This document shows, one piece after another, positions 1-10,440 of a stretch of DNA of 64,000 nucleotides. The notes under the pieces were generated by a model, which saw only the letters and a list, made by a program, of their open reading frames with translations, had not been told where the DNA came from and did no database searches. The stretch spans positions 1,584 to 65,583 of the forward strand of contig CAMCQY010000004.1 in NCBI GenBank assembly GCA_945877135.1. Direction: 5' to 3'. How positions within the stretch are numbered: the first letter of the stretch is position 1; each line of letters opens with the position of its first letter. The position numbers and the translations under genes are program-made. Source of the DNA: Candidatus Kuenenia stuttgartensis (GTDB lineage Bacteria > Planctomycetota > Planctomycetia > Pirellulales > UBA1268).

Positions 1-1085
1 GGGGCATGAAGGTCATCGGCTACACCGACGTCATCCAAGTGGTGGTGCTGGCGCTGGGCGGTCTGGCAACCACGGTGCTGGCGCTCGACCTCGTGGCGAG
101 GCAGTTCGGTGAAAGCGGTGCCGTGGCCGGGTTTCTACTCCTGCAGCGGCAGGCCCCCAGCCATTTCCACATGATCCTTGACGAGTCGAACCCTTATTAC
201 CAAGACCTGCCGGGATTGGGAGCGGTGCTCGGGGGGATGTGGATCGCCAACATCAGCTACTGGGGCTGCAACCAGTACATCACCCAGCGGGCCCTGGGCG
301 CGAGTCTTACGACGGCCCGCGCCGGCATCCTCTTCGCGGCTGCGATCAAGGTGCTGATGCCGCTCATCGTAGTGCTGCCGGGGATCGCCGTGTACGTGCT
401 CCACCAGAACGGCCACTTCCAGTCAGAAATGCTCGATGCCACCGGCGCGGTGAAGCCCGACAAGAGCTATTCCGCCCTCATCAACCTTCTGCCCACCGGC
501 CTCAAGGGACTGTCGTTCGCCGCACTCACCGCCGCCATCGTCGCCTCGCTCGCCGGGAAGGCGAACAGCATCGCGACCATCTTCACGCTCGATCTCTATA
601 AGCGATACGTCGATCCGCTGGCCAGCGAGGAGACACTGATCCGCGTCGGACGCTACGCGATCTTGGTATCGTCGGGAATCGCGGTCCTCCTCGCACCCCA
701 ACTCGGCCGGTTCGACCAGGCGATCCAATACATCCAGGAGTACACCGGCTTCATCAGCCCAGGCGTGTGCGTAATCTTTCTACTCGGTTTCTTCTGGCCG
801 CGGGCCACGGGGGTGGCCGCCCTGGCGGTGACGCTCTCGACGATCCCGCTCTCGGCCGGCTTCAAATACCTCACGCCCGGGATGCCCTTCCTCAACCGCA
901 TGGGCTACGTGTCCGTGATCTTGACCGTGTTCATGGTGGTCATAAGCCTGGCGACGCCGCGGCCCGGCGACGAGGTTAAGGCAATGCGCTGGGACCGCGA
1001 CGATTTCCGGCCAGGGGGCGCGTTCGTCGCGGGATCGGTGCTCGTCATGGGCACGTTGGCCGCCTTGTACGCCGTCTATTGGTGA
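1..1085 (+). CDS. Sodium:solute symporter (SSF/SGLT-like), C-terminal part; the 5' end probably lies outside the window
   Basis: ORF 6..1085 is multi-pass hydrophobic and carries the SSF-type motif [14 protein letters not shown]. It sits directly upstream of galT-galE. At 359 aa it is short for the family, so it is probably truncated by the window edge. Confidence 0.75.
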   Translation, partial: GMKVIGYTDVIQVVVLALGGLATTVLALDLVARQFGESGAVAGFLLLQRQAPSHFHMILDESNPYYQDLPGLGAVLGGMWIANISYWGCNQYITQRALGASLTTARAGILFAAAIKVLMPLIVVLPGIAVYVLHQNGHFQSEMLDATGAVKPDKSYSALINLLPTGLKGLSFAALTAAIVASLAGKANSIATIFTLDLYKRYVDPLASEETLIRVGRYAILVSSGIAVLLAPQLGRFDQAIQYIQEYTGFISPGVCVIFLLGFFWPRATGVAALAVTLSTIPLSAGFKYLTPGMPFLNRMGYVSVILTVFMVVISLATPRPGDEVKAMRWDRDDFRPGGAFVAGSVLVMGTLAALYAVYW

Positions 1086-1090
1086 CACGA

Positions 1091-2137
1091 ATGGACCATC
1101 CGCACCGCCGCTTCAATCGCCTGTCGAGAGACTGGGTGTTGGTTTCGCCCCACCGAGCGCAGCGGCCGTGGCAGGGAAAGGTTGAACCGGCCGCCTCCGC
1201 GAGACGCCCTCCGCACGATCCGCGATGCTACCTGTGCGCCGGAAACGAGCGAGCCAGCGGTGAACGAAACCCTCCTTACACGTCCACATACGTGTTCGCG
1301 AATGATTTCGCCGCACTCTTGCCCGGGAGCCCGCACGATGCGGTCCCCGACCCACTGGCCGAAGAGTCGCATCTGCTTCTGTGCCGGCCCGTCCGGGGCG
1401 AGTGCCGCGTGATCTGTTTTTCACCCCGTCACGACCTGACGCTTGCGCGGATGCCCGTCGAGGGGATCCGCGTTGTCGTCGAAACGTGGCTGCGTGAGAG
1501 CCGTGACCTCCGCTCTCGCTTCGCTTGGGTGCAGATCTTCGAGAACAAGGGGGAAATCATGGGCTGCTCGAACCCCCATCCCCACGGCCAGATCTGGGCC
1601 GGCGACTTCATTCCCAACGAGGCCGCGAAGGAAGACGCCGCCCAGAAACGCTGGAAGGAATCGCACGGCGGCGTGCTCCTTCTCGACTACGCCCGCACCG
1701 AGGCCGAGTGCGGCGACCGCGTGGTGGTGAAAAATAAGAGTTGGATCGCGGTTGTTCCCTGGTGGGCGGTGTGGCCGTACGAGATTCTGCTCATGCCCCG
1801 CTCACGTCACGTTCCGAGCCTCAGCGACCTCGCCGCCGACGAGCAGGACGATCTCGCGGATATTCTCAAGCGGCTCTTGACGCGGTACGACAACCTCTTC
1901 GAGACGGATTTTCCCTATTCGATGGGCTGGCATGAATCGCCCAGCGCTGCTGGCCCGGAAGGCTGGTGGCAGTTGCACGCGCACTTCTACCCACCGCTCT
2001 TGCGTTCGGCCACCGTGAAGAAGTTCATGGTGGGCTACGAGATGCTCGGCGAAGCTCAGCGCGACATCACGCCGGAAATCGCCGCGGCCCGGCTACGCAA
2101 CTGTTCCGACCACTGTCTTCCGGGGGCCAAGGCATGA
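1091..2137 (+). CDS. galT: Galactose-1-phosphate uridylyltransferase
   Basis: Has the Zn-site-like CYLCAGNE motif and the active-site HPHGQIW (HxHxQ) motif. The ATG at 1091 is 5 nt after the symporter stop. The stop overlaps the galE start (ATGA at 2134-2137). Confidence 0.9.
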   Translation: MDHPHRRFNRLSRDWVLVSPHRAQRPWQGKVEPAASARRPPHDPRCYLCAGNERASGERNPPYTSTYVFANDFAALLPGSPHDAVPDPLAEESHLLLCRPVRGECRVICFSPRHDLTLARMPVEGIRVVVETWLRESRDLRSRFAWVQIFENKGEIMGCSNPHPHGQIWAGDFIPNEAAKEDAAQKRWKESHGGVLLLDYARTEAECGDRVVVKNKSWIAVVPWWAVWPYEILLMPRSRHVPSLSDLAADEQDDLADILKRLLTRYDNLFETDFPYSMGWHESPSAAGPEGWWQLHAHFYPPLLRSATVKKFMVGYEMLGEAQRDITPEIAAARLRNCSDHCLPGAKA

Positions 2138-3114
2138 AACTTCTCGTCACGGGCGGAGCCGGCTACATCGGCAGCATCACCGTCGAGCAGCTCGTGGGAT
2201 GCGGGCACGACGTCGTCGTGTTCGATAACCTCTACCAGGGGCATCGCGAGGCGGTTCATCCTGACGCCGTGTTCGTCCAGGGCGACCTCGCCGACCGCGG
2301 TGCGATCGCCGCCGTGCTCGCGGAGCATGCGCCGGAGGCGGTGATGCATTTTGCCGCATATTCTCTCGTCGGCGAATCGATGCAGCGACCCTTCAAATAT
2401 CTCCACGAGAACGTGTCGAACGGCCTCAACTTGCTCGAGGCGATGGTCGAGGCCGGCGTGCGGAAGTTTATCCTCAGCTCCACGGCCAACCTGTTCGACG
2501 ACCCGGAAATCCTGCCGATCACGGAATCCGCGAGAATCGCTCCAGGGAGCCCCTATGGCGAAGGGAAGCAGTTCTTGGAACGCGTTCTCGGCTGGCTGGA
2601 GAAGACGCACGGACTGCGGTTCGCCTGCCTGCGATATTTCAACGCGGCGGGCGCCTCGGAGACCCGCGGCGAGGACCACAACCCCGAACTCCACCTCATC
2701 CCGCTGGTGCTGCAAGTGGCCCAGGGGAAACGTGAGTCCATCGCCGTCTTCGGCGACGATTACCCCACGCCGGACGGGACATGCATCCGCGACTACATCC
2801 ACGTGCTCGACCTCGCGCAGGCGCACATCCTCGCTCTCGAGGCGCTCGGTGCCGGCAGTCGCACCTACAACCTGGGCAACGGGTCGGGGTTCTCGGTGAA
2901 GGAAGTGATCGAGGTGGCGAGGGAGATCACCGGCCATCCGATCCCCGCCCGCGTGCAGGTACGCCGCGCCGGTGACCCCGCAATCCTCGTAGCCGGCAGC
3001 GACAGGATCAAGGCCGAACTCGGATGGAAACCCGCCCACCCCGGTCTCCACGAGATTATCGCCTCCGCCTGGAACTGGCATCGGCGTAATCCTGCCGGGT
3101 ATGTCACGCGATGA
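2134..3114 (+). CDS. galE: UDP-glucose 4-epimerase
   Basis: N-terminus is [14 protein letters not shown] (Rossmann GxxGxxG). Also has SPYGEGK (YxxxK region) and a typical SDR-extended length. I chose the internal ATG at 2134 within ORF 1966..3114. Confidence 0.9.
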   Translation: MKLLVTGGAGYIGSITVEQLVGCGHDVVVFDNLYQGHREAVHPDAVFVQGDLADRGAIAAVLAEHAPEAVMHFAAYSLVGESMQRPFKYLHENVSNGLNLLEAMVEAGVRKFILSSTANLFDDPEILPITESARIAPGSPYGEGKQFLERVLGWLEKTHGLRFACLRYFNAAGASETRGEDHNPELHLIPLVLQVAQGKRESIAVFGDDYPTPDGTCIRDYIHVLDLAQAHILALEALGAGSRTYNLGNGSGFSVKEVIEVAREITGHPIPARVQVRRAGDPAILVAGSDRIKAELGWKPAHPGLHEIIASAWNWHRRNPAGYVTR

Positions 3115-3289
3115 AGCGGTAATGAGCGGCGGGAGACCGAGTTCCTGACGATGCCCCACGGCGTCTTCGACCCCTTTTCGACCGGCGACGCGAAAGCCGG
3201 CATCGATTTCATTGAGCTCGTTTACGAAACCTCGTTTTGTTGGATATAATCAGCGAAAACCGCTCACGACACGATGTTTTGGACGCCCA

Positions 3290-4462
3290 ATGAAGACTGA
3301 ACGCGCGGAGCCCGCCCTCCTGCGGCGAATCAACGAACGCAGGATTTTCGAGGCGATCCAGCGGAGCGGGCCGGCGTCGCGGGCAACCCTCGCCCGGCTG
3401 TCGGGTCTCACACCGCCCACGGTCTCGAAAGTCATCGATTCCCTTCTGACGCGGGGCCTTGTCGAGGAGTTCGACCAGCCCAGGCCACCGCTCGGGCGGC
3501 CCCACAAACTGATCACGATGGCGACCACGTCCGCCGCCGTGCTCGGTGTCGTCATCGATGCCGGAGCCTGCTGCGTGACCGAAACCGGCCTCGACGGCCG
3601 GGTCACTGAGGACAAGACGCTCCGTTTCCCTACACCCGACACCTACGAGAAACTGCTCGACGAGGTCGAGGCGCGGTGCCGTATGCTCCTCTCCCGCACC
3701 GCCGCGGCGGCCCACGGCGTGGGTGTGAGCGTTCCCGGCCTGATCAGCGAACGGCTGAATCAGGTCGTTTTCTGCCCGAATCTGCATCTGCTCGATCACC
3801 GGAATCCTGCCCAAGATCTGGAACAGCGGCTCGGAATCGAGTGCCTTCTCATGCACGAACTGCAGGCGCTCTGCCTGGCCGAGCGGATGTATGGCGGCGC
3901 CCGCGGCCTCGACAACTTCGCGATGCTCGACGTGACGCAGGGGTTGGGACTGGGCGTCGTCGTGGGCGGCGTAATCCTCGCGGGCCACAGCGGCATGGCA
4001 GGCGAGATCGGCCACATCACCGCAGATCCGACCGGCATCCGCTGCGGTTGCGGGAACCGCGGTTGTCTGGAGACGATGGCGACCGACGCGGCGCTTGTGC
4101 GGATGATGCGGGAACGGCTGAACAAACCTCTCTCGTTCGCGGCAGCTGCCTCCCTTCTGGAAGGGAGGGAAGCCGACTTCCAGACAGAGATTCTCGCGGT
4201 GGCGGAGTACCTGGCCATCGCGATCGCAGCGGTGATCAACACGTTCAATCCCACGACGGTGTTCGTGCACGGCAAACTCCTCGTCGAAAAGCAGGAACGG
4301 TTCGATCTGGTTCTCGCACGTGTCCGTGAGCGGACGCTCGAGCCGTTGCTGGCCGAATGCACTATCGTGGCCACCCGTTCGAGCAAGCGGCAGGGGGCGA
4401 TCGCTGGGATCATGCACTGGCTCACCGAAGGCCGTACACCGGGCCTCGGCCGTCGCCGCTAA
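3290..4462 (+). CDS. ROK family transcriptional regulator (NagC/XylR-like)
   Basis: N-terminal wHTH segment (RATLARLSGLTPPTVSKVIDSL) plus the ROK zinc motif GHITADPTGIRCGCGNRGCLE. Confidence 0.8.
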   Translation: MKTERAEPALLRRINERRIFEAIQRSGPASRATLARLSGLTPPTVSKVIDSLLTRGLVEEFDQPRPPLGRPHKLITMATTSAAVLGVVIDAGACCVTETGLDGRVTEDKTLRFPTPDTYEKLLDEVEARCRMLLSRTAAAAHGVGVSVPGLISERLNQVVFCPNLHLLDHRNPAQDLEQRLGIECLLMHELQALCLAERMYGGARGLDNFAMLDVTQGLGLGVVVGGVILAGHSGMAGEIGHITADPTGIRCGCGNRGCLETMATDAALVRMMRERLNKPLSFAAAASLLEGREADFQTEILAVAEYLAIAIAAVINTFNPTTVFVHGKLLVEKQERFDLVLARVRERTLEPLLAECTIVATRSSKRQGAIAGIMHWLTEGRTPGLGRRR

Positions 4463-4615
4463 CCGGCTGTGGACAACGTTCTCCACGGTTTTGTCCAGGC
4501 AGGCGAAACGCGCAAACACCCTGACATCGGGGGCCTGGTTGGCAGCCAGCTACTTCAGCCGCCGCTCGTCATTCGAGCCGCCAAAGCCGGGATTTTTTGC
4601 GATGGAGATGTGGGG

Positions 4616-4646
4616 CTTGACAAGATGCTAAACCTGCTTTCTATAC
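4616..4646 (+). promoter_or_regulatory. Sigma70-like promoter candidate upstream of the DUF1559 gene
   Basis: TTGACA at 4616-4621 and TATACT at 4641-4646. The 19-nt spacer is longer than optimal. The site is in a relatively AT-rich intergenic stretch. Confidence 0.3.
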
Positions 4647-4753
4647 TAGGGAAACTTTCGTGGATGAGCGATCGTTTGCGGATCAACCTAAGACGGTTGT
4701 TACCGCTGAGCGAGTGGCAGGGGCGGAGCAGATAAATTCCTGGAGAACAAACC

Positions 4754-5797
4754 ATGTCGATGCCAATGAGGAATGGTGTTCGAGGAGTCGCCCGAGGCTT
4801 TACTCTCGTCGAACTGTTGGTGGTGATCGCCATCATCGGCACGCTCGTCGGCCTGCTGCTGCCGGCCGTGCAGGCGGCCCGCGAGGCGGCCCGCCGCATG
4901 TCATGTAACAATAAATTGCGGCAAATGGGGCAGGCAGCGTTGAGCTACGAGTCTGCGCGTAAATGCTATCCGACTGGCGGCATCGTGCCTTTCAATTTTG
5001 GCTGGTGGAAGAACGGCATGGAGCTGGCCGATGTCTTCGGAACACCGTTCCTCAATCACTTCTTTCAGATGCTGCCCTACATGGAAGAAGACACCACGTA
5101 CAAGTTGCGGTTCAAGGCGTGGAGTGGCTACATGGACCTGACCACGGCAGGCCTGAGCGCCCAGTACGTTCCCACCTATAGCTGCCCGAGCCGGCCGATT
5201 CGATTCATTGCCGCGGCGGGTAATCCGATCCCTGCGCCGACTTTTCTTCAGGACTACGCCGCTTATGTGAGCACCGAAAATCCTGGTAAGCCTGCCTCTT
5301 GGAGTGGGTACAACCAGGCAGGCTGTGACGCCAACTGGGGTGGAATCATCTCAGCCGGCGGCTTCCCGAAAACAGCTCCGAGCGACCCATACCCGATCTC
5401 CCAATTCAGCCTTGGCAAGAAAATTACGACCGCGTCAATCACCGACGGCACTACCAACACGCTCTTATTCGCAGAAAAGGGGGTCAGCACCGATCGCTAC
5501 CTGAATCCCAAAGCGGGGTCACCCTCGTCGTGGTGGGAGGAAGCAACGCCGTGGGCAGTCTCGGACAGTTGTGGTCGCGGCGGAATTCGGTATTGGTATG
5601 GCCCACCGCGGCTCGATGGCCGGTCTTCGGGTACGAACCCCGACAGTGTTTTTGGGTCCGCACACCCCGGCGGCTTCAACGCCGTGATGGGCGACGGCAG
5701 TGTACTTACGGTCTCCTACGGAGTGCAGCAGAGCGTCTTCGAAGCCATCGGCAAGCGAGCTGACGGTGCCGGCCGGGTCGCTGAATTGCAGCCGTAG
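4754..5797 (+). CDS. DUF1559 / HX9DG protein with prepilin-type N-terminal cleavage/methylation domain
   Basis: N-terminus is [34 protein letters not shown]. The C-terminal segment [15 protein letters not shown] matches H-X9-DG. This family is a Planctomycetota hallmark. Confidence 0.85.
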   Translation: MSMPMRNGVRGVARGFTLVELLVVIAIIGTLVGLLLPAVQAAREAARRMSCNNKLRQMGQAALSYESARKCYPTGGIVPFNFGWWKNGMELADVFGTPFLNHFFQMLPYMEEDTTYKLRFKAWSGYMDLTTAGLSAQYVPTYSCPSRPIRFIAAAGNPIPAPTFLQDYAAYVSTENPGKPASWSGYNQAGCDANWGGIISAGGFPKTAPSDPYPISQFSLGKKITTASITDGTTNTLLFAEKGVSTDRYLNPKAGSPSSWWEEATPWAVSDSCGRGGIRYWYGPPRLDGRSSGTNPDSVFGSAHPGGFNAVMGDGSVLTVSYGVQQSVFEAIGKRADGAGRVAELQP

Positions 5798-5811
5798 TGT
5801 GTTTATGAAAT

Positions 5812-6342
5812 ATGTCTGCGATGCCCAATCGTTTCGGGAGGATATCCTCAATGCAGTGCCTGAGCCCCCGTACGACAGCCCTCCTTATCGGCATGGTCGT
5901 TGGAGTCATTGGCTGTGGCGGATGTGGGAGCAGCGACCCCAAGCCGGCCCTGAAGTCGGCCGTGCTCCGCGCCAACAGCACCAATAGCAAGCGACTGGCG
6001 ACGCTCTATAACCGATACCATTCACGATTCTTCTCCGGCCCTCGCGATGAGGCCACATTCAAAAAGTTTATCGCCAGCAGTCCCGCCGCGGAATTGGAGG
6101 AGATAGGTGCGTCGAGCGGAGATATTGATGCGCTATTCGTGTCGGAGCGAGACAAGCAGCCATTCTTCATCCGCTACGGACTACCATTAAACGATGCGCT
6201 CTTTCGGGCGATGGTGCTGGAGACCCAGGGCCTGAACGGCGAAGCACTGGTCTTGTTCGGCGGACGGGGTGGCATCAAGGAGGCGGCTGTTCCGATCGCC
6301 GAACTCGAAGACTATCGAGCCGGCAAGAAGGATGAGCAATAG
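5812..6342 (+). CDS. Hypothetical lipoprotein, the usual small partner gene downstream of DUF1559 genes
   Basis: Signal peptide plus a lipobox-like segment LLIGMVVGVIGCGGCG. An alternative start (MQCL) lies at 5851. I recognised no catalytic motif. Confidence 0.5.
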   Translation: MSAMPNRFGRISSMQCLSPRTTALLIGMVVGVIGCGGCGSSDPKPALKSAVLRANSTNSKRLATLYNRYHSRFFSGPRDEATFKKFIASSPAAELEEIGASSGDIDALFVSERDKQPFFIRYGLPLNDALFRAMVLETQGLNGEALVLFGGRGGIKEAAVPIAELEDYRAGKKDEQ

Positions 6343-6344
6343 CC

Positions 6345-6596
6345 CGTTCAACGACGTGAATGTCGATTTCAGCAGGGGGAGAAAGCCCACGAAGGCGCGG
6401 TGGGCCTGCCCCCTTGAAACGAGGCCACTTCGTCCCGGAGACGGTCAAGAAGGGTGGCATGACGGAGCAGACCTACTAGCGATGGGGCAAGCGGCCGGTA
6501 GTTGCCAGTAACCGCCTCGTCATCCGACATCAGCAACCGTGCCGACCCAGTTCAGCATTGGTATCGACCTACATCGGCACACGTGCGGAACCGGTA
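6345..6596 (+). pseudogene. Scars of older IS3/IS407-type copies: an OrfB fragment, an IR-like end and a decayed OrfA
   Basis: NVDFSRGRKPT (~6358-6390) resembles the conserved OrfB motif [23 protein letters not shown] at 6401-6413 resembles the IS terminus. KRGHFVPE...GMTEQTY*RWGKR (~6416-6495) resembles the OrfA sequence KKHFTEEQ...ISEQTFYRWKKR and carries a stop and an internal deletion. Confidence 0.4.
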
Positions 6597-6676
6597 TGAC
6601 GTTCTCCCCATTTCTTGATCCATCCGGGATGTTAGGTTTTTAACCTTGGCATCACCAGAAAGGGTGGGTTTTTTGG

Positions 6677-6943
6677 ATGGGAAAGAAGCATTTCACAGAA
6701 GAGCAGATTGCGTTCGCATTGAGGCAAGCTGAGGCTGGCACTTCGGTGGCCGAGATCATTCGCAAGCTCGGGATCAGTGAGCAGACCTTCTATCGGTGGA
6801 AGAAGCGGTTCGCAGGGCTCGGCATCGCCGAACTGCGACAGCTTCGAATCATTGAGGAGGAGAACCGGAAGCTCAAGCAACTGGTGGCAGACCTGAGCCT
6901 CGATAAGAAGATGCTGCAGGACGTGCTCTCAAAAAAACTTTGA
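6677..6943 (+). CDS. IS3-family transposase OrfA (HTH)
   Basis: The protein MGKKHFTEEQIAFALRQAEAGTSVAEIIRKLGISEQTFYRWKKRF... is a typical IS3/IS407 OrfA with a leucine-zipper tail. It ends just after the AAAAAAA run at 6931-6937. Confidence 0.85.
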   Translation: MGKKHFTEEQIAFALRQAEAGTSVAEIIRKLGISEQTFYRWKKRFAGLGIAELRQLRIIEEENRKLKQLVADLSLDKKMLQDVLSKKL

Positions 6944-7790
6944 GGCCCGCGGTGCAGCGTGTTCTGGTGCGGGAGGTGCAGGTGGCGACGAGAGAGCCGA
7001 GCGTCGAGCCTGTCGAGTACTCGGGTTTTCCCGAACGACCAACCGTTACCGGAGCAGGCGGAATCCGCGGGCCGAGCTTCGCGTACGACTTCGAGACCTG
7101 GCGGCCAGTCGGGTGCAGTTCGGATATCCGCGGCTCTGGGTGCTCCTGCGTCGGGAAGGGTGGCTCGTGAACAAGAAACTTGTGTATCGGCTGTACTGCG
7201 AAGAAGGCCTGGGAATCCGGCGGCGAAAGCCACGTCGGCGGAAGAGCGTTCAGGTTCGCGAAGCTCGTTCGATAGCTCAGCGTGCCAATGACAGCTGGAG
7301 CATGGACTTCGTGTCCGAACAGCTGGTCGGCGGGCAGCGATTCCGGCTGCTGGAGTGAGTCGATAACCATAGCCGTGACAGCCTGGCCATCGAGGTTGGT
7401 CAGCGATTGACTGGAGACGATGTTGTGCGGGTCTTCGAGGGAGTGGCTTCACAGCGTGGCAAGCCCCAGACGATTCGAGTCGACAACGGACCAGAGTTCA
7501 TCTCGAGGAGCTTGGATCTATGGGCCTCCTTCAATGGCGTGAAGCTTGACTTCAGCAGGCCAGGAAAGCCCACAGATAATGCGTTCATCGAGTCGTTCAA
7601 TGGTCGGCTTCGCGACGAGTGCTTGAACCAGCACTGGTTCTTGTCGCTCGATGAAGCACGGGTCGTGACAGAAGCTTGGAGGGACGATTACCATTGGTCA
7701 CGTCCGCGCGGTGCTCTGGGCAACCGAACACCGTCGGAGTTCTTGCGGCCGGTAGCTGGGCATGCCCAGCTACCGGCCCTGCATGGCTAA
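6931..7790 (+). pseudogene. IS3-family transposase OrfB (DDE), inactivated
   Basis: After the -1 slip, the frame reads LRPAVQRVLVREVQ. Homology then continues in another frame from ~6987 (ERAERRACRVLGFSRTTNRY...FGYPRLWVLLRREGW), which implies an extra 1-nt indel near 6975-6990. There is an in-frame TGA at 7356-7358 ([16 protein letters not shown]). DDE-region motifs are present ([35 protein letters not shown]). Confidence 0.8.
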
Positions 7791-7825
7791 CAACTCGGCT
7801 GGTACCAAGTTGGGGGCAGCGTCAG

Positions 7826-8743
7826 ATGACGATCACAGAAGCTCTCCATTGGCCCGGGAACATGGTGCGGCGAACGTTGGCCCGATGGCGCTACCGTCGA
7901 GTGAGCACCGCGGTGCTTGAGCGGCGGCTGGCTGCGGCCGGGCTCGCATTTCCCGAGCAGACGCATCCCACCGTATCGGTGCTGATCGCCATGTACGGCC
8001 GGCCGGAGATCACCCTCGACGCGTTGGTTGCGTTGATGGCGAACGCCCGCGAGTCATCGATCGAGATCCTGCTCTGCGACGATCAAAGTCCCGACGGCAG
8101 CGGCCGGTTCTTCGAGAGCGTGCCAGGCCTGCGGCTGACGACGAATAAGGAAAACATGGGCTATCTGCGGAGCAACAACATGCTCGCAGCCGATGCCCGT
8201 GGTGAGTTCCTCCTGCTGCTCAATAGCGACGCGTTGATCCAGCCGGGGGCGATCGCCTTCCTCCTGGATGTCTTTCGCACGCAGGATGACGCTGGGCTCG
8301 TGGGGGGCCGGCTGCTCTATCCAGATGGCAGGCTTCAGGAGGCGGGGGCCGACGTGCTCCCCGACGGCCGGACCGTGCGACGCGGGTGGCGACAACGGGA
8401 ATCCCCGGTCCTGTACGACCGCATCGAGGAGGTCGACTATTGTTCCGCCGCATGCGTTCTCATTCCCCGCCGGTTGTTCCTTGACGTGGGCGGGTTCGAC
8501 GAACTCTACCTGCCCGCCTACTACGAGGATGTGGATCTCGCGTTCAAGGTGAGGGCGGCCGGGCAGCGTGTCTACTTTCAGCCTGCCGCCAGGGTGATTC
8601 ACGTCGAAAATGCGAGTTCTGACTTCGAACGAGCCAAGGCCCAGGTGGAAGTCAATCAACCAAAGTTTCGCGGCAAGTGGGCGGCGGTGCTCGACGCAGG
8701 TGACTATCCCAGTGCACAACACCATCCTCGCCGCGAAGGATGA
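7826..8743 (+). CDS. Glycosyltransferase family 2
   Basis: Has VSVLIAMYGRPE...ILLCDDQSPDGS (DxD-type) and YEDVDLAFK. The ATG at 7826 is 1 nt after the IS right end. The same frame stays open back into the IS to 7676. Confidence 0.8.
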   Translation: MTITEALHWPGNMVRRTLARWRYRRVSTAVLERRLAAAGLAFPEQTHPTVSVLIAMYGRPEITLDALVALMANARESSIEILLCDDQSPDGSGRFFESVPGLRLTTNKENMGYLRSNNMLAADARGEFLLLLNSDALIQPGAIAFLLDVFRTQDDAGLVGGRLLYPDGRLQEAGADVLPDGRTVRRGWRQRESPVLYDRIEEVDYCSAACVLIPRRLFLDVGGFDELYLPAYYEDVDLAFKVRAAGQRVYFQPAARVIHVENASSDFERAKAQVEVNQPKFRGKWAAVLDAGDYPSAQHHPRREG

Positions 8744-8779
8744 ACGGCGGCGTGAGCCAGACTGGGTCCTCGACTAGGA

Positions 8780-10075
8780 TCACTCAGGATCCAGGGCCCC
8801 CAGTTCCAGCAATCTCCGGCGCATCCGGTCTCCGGCCCGGCGGGCCGAAAATTCGTCCGCCATGAACGCAGCCGCCTTGCGGCCCAGTTCGCGGCCGGTC
8901 TCCGGCTGCCGCGCGAGCTGCCGCATCCATTCGGCCGCGTGGTCGAGATCAGGATCACCCCAGCGCTGCCACGCCTCGTAGGGGCCGACGTCCTTCCCCA
9001 CCGGCACGATTTTGCAGCTCACCGGGCAGGCATGCTCGGGGTGCACAAAGTCGGTGGTCGACGACCAATCGGTGGCAATGACGGGCTTGCCAATCGCCAA
9101 TGCCTCCGCCGGCCCAAGCCCAAATCCCTCGCTGCGGTGAAGTGACACGAAGCAATCGCAGGCCCGCATGAGCGCGGCGACCTGCAAGCGGTCGAGCGGC
9201 TGCTTGAGGAAACGGATGTTCGGCCAGTCGGCGGCGAGCTCTTCCAAAATGCGGACATTCTCCGGGCGGAAGTGCACGTTGTTGAGCTTGACGATGAGCG
9301 TGGCCGGGCTGTCGGGCCGAAATGCCCGCTGGAAGGCGTGGATGGCACCTTCGGGGTTTTTTCGCTCCTGGTAGCTGGCGACGTCGTACATGAAGAAAAA
9401 AACATACGCATCATCACGAATTCCCAGCTCGCTTCGTGGCATCGGCGAGCCGTCCGGCGCGGTGATGCCATGCGGCATGAGCACGACCTTGGCTGCTCCA
9501 GCGTCACGCAGCATTCGCTCGATGAAGCGGGACGGTGCCCAGAGCTCCTGCACGTCGCGGAGAAATGGCCGCCAGTCATCTGGCAGTACCGGCAGTTCCC
9601 AGTGCCAGACGCCGATGGTGATGCGGCCGCGGATGCCGCGACGACCGAGCATCTCACCCATGAACCGCATTTCGGGCGGATTCATGTGGAGGATGTTCGC
9701 GCGGTGAGCGGGGTAGGGAATCTCATGCGCTGCCGCCCTCAGGTCGCCATGGCGACAGTGGAGTGAAAACGGCATGTTCACGACGCCGAACGGCACGCCC
9801 GACTCGGCGAGCGCAGCAGCCGCGAGTCGGCACGACTCCCCGATGCCGTTCTCGGCCCGACTGCATCCAAGCAGGCTCGCGCCGGGAAGGAGACTGCCAG
9901 GACGACCGTCCGGCAACCGGCTAGCCTGCCGCCAGTACGACCACTCCGTGGCGACGTCGGTCTGCCGTAGCAGCACCCGCTTCACGGCGCGGCGCACGGC
10001 GAATCTACCGGCCCAGTGCACGAGCGGATCGAATTGTCCCTGCGGCGAGGCCGTCTTTGTGACAGTTTCAAGCAT
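8780..10075 (-). CDS. Glycosyltransferase family 4 (GT-B, group 1)
   Basis: C-terminal motif SLHRSEGFGLGPAEALAIGKPVIATDWSSTTDF (E-x7-E type). It lies downstream of the ACP gene on the same strand. Confidence 0.75.
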   Translation of the reverse strand: MLETVTKTASPQGQFDPLVHWAGRFAVRRAVKRVLLRQTDVATEWSYWRQASRLPDGRPGSLLPGASLLGCSRAENGIGESCRLAAAALAESGVPFGVVNMPFSLHCRHGDLRAAAHEIPYPAHRANILHMNPPEMRFMGEMLGRRGIRGRITIGVWHWELPVLPDDWRPFLRDVQELWAPSRFIERMLRDAGAAKVVLMPHGITAPDGSPMPRSELGIRDDAYVFFFMYDVASYQERKNPEGAIHAFQRAFRPDSPATLIVKLNNVHFRPENVRILEELAADWPNIRFLKQPLDRLQVAALMRACDCFVSLHRSEGFGLGPAEALAIGKPVIATDWSSTTDFVHPEHACPVSCKIVPVGKDVGPYEAWQRWGDPDLDHAAEWMRQLARQPETGRELGRKAAAFMADEFSARRAGDRMRRRLLELGALDPE

Positions 10076-10114
10076 CGCAACACGACTCTTGCGGCAGGAG
10101 CGGCCGACGCCGTG

Positions 10115-10381
10115 TCAGCCGTCGATCTGTCGGCCTTCAGCCGCCAGTTTGGCTGCGATCACCTCGACGAGGTGGCCGACATCCGGAAGGCCGGAGACCT
10201 CGGCGGTTGTGAAATGGACGCGGAACGCCTTCTCAATCGACACCATGAGGCGGATGTGGTTGAGGCTGTCCCATTCCGCGACATCCTTGGCAGTCATCGC
10301 GGGCGTGGGTACGAGGCTTTCGTCGTCGAAAATCTCTCGGAAAATACCAGCCAAACGGGTGTAGATATACTCGTGGGTCAT
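10115..10381 (-). CDS. Acyl carrier protein (DltC-like stand-alone carrier)
   Basis: 88 aa with the phosphopantetheine-site motif AEWDSLNHIRL (DSL). It is divergent from the FkbH-MBOAT pair, separated by a 59-bp intergenic region. Confidence 0.8.
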   Translation of the reverse strand: MTHEYIYTRLAGIFREIFDDESLVPTPAMTAKDVAEWDSLNHIRLMVSIEKAFRVHFTTAEVSGLPDVGHLVEVIAAKLAAEGRQIDG

Positions 10382-10440
10382 AGCGAAAAGTTACCCTGCG
10401 ATGGGACGATGGTCCAGCGACGATTGAAGCGATTTCCGAC

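Larger units (their letters stand above)
6597..7824 (+). mobile_element. IS3-family insertion sequence (IS407-group-like), 1228 bp, decayed
   Basis: Terminal inverted repeats are TGACGTTCTCCCCA (6597..) and the reverse complement of 7811-7824, TGACGCTGCCCCCA (12/14 match). It contains orfA and orfB with an A7 slippery site. I found no flanking target duplication (GGTA on the left, GATG on the right). Confidence 0.8.

Noticed and set aside
2056-4519. Long minus-strand ORFs (2056..3159 and 3209..4519) antisense to galE and the ROK regulator
   Set aside because: Their translations are Arg/Gly/Pro/Ala-rich with no recognisable motifs, which is typical of shadow ORFs in GC-rich DNA. The sense-strand genes carry clear family motifs.
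6593-7828. Target-site duplication flanking the IS copy
   Set aside because: The flanks read GGTA (left) and GATG (right), so no direct repeat of 3-5 bp is visible. I therefore did not claim a fresh insertion.
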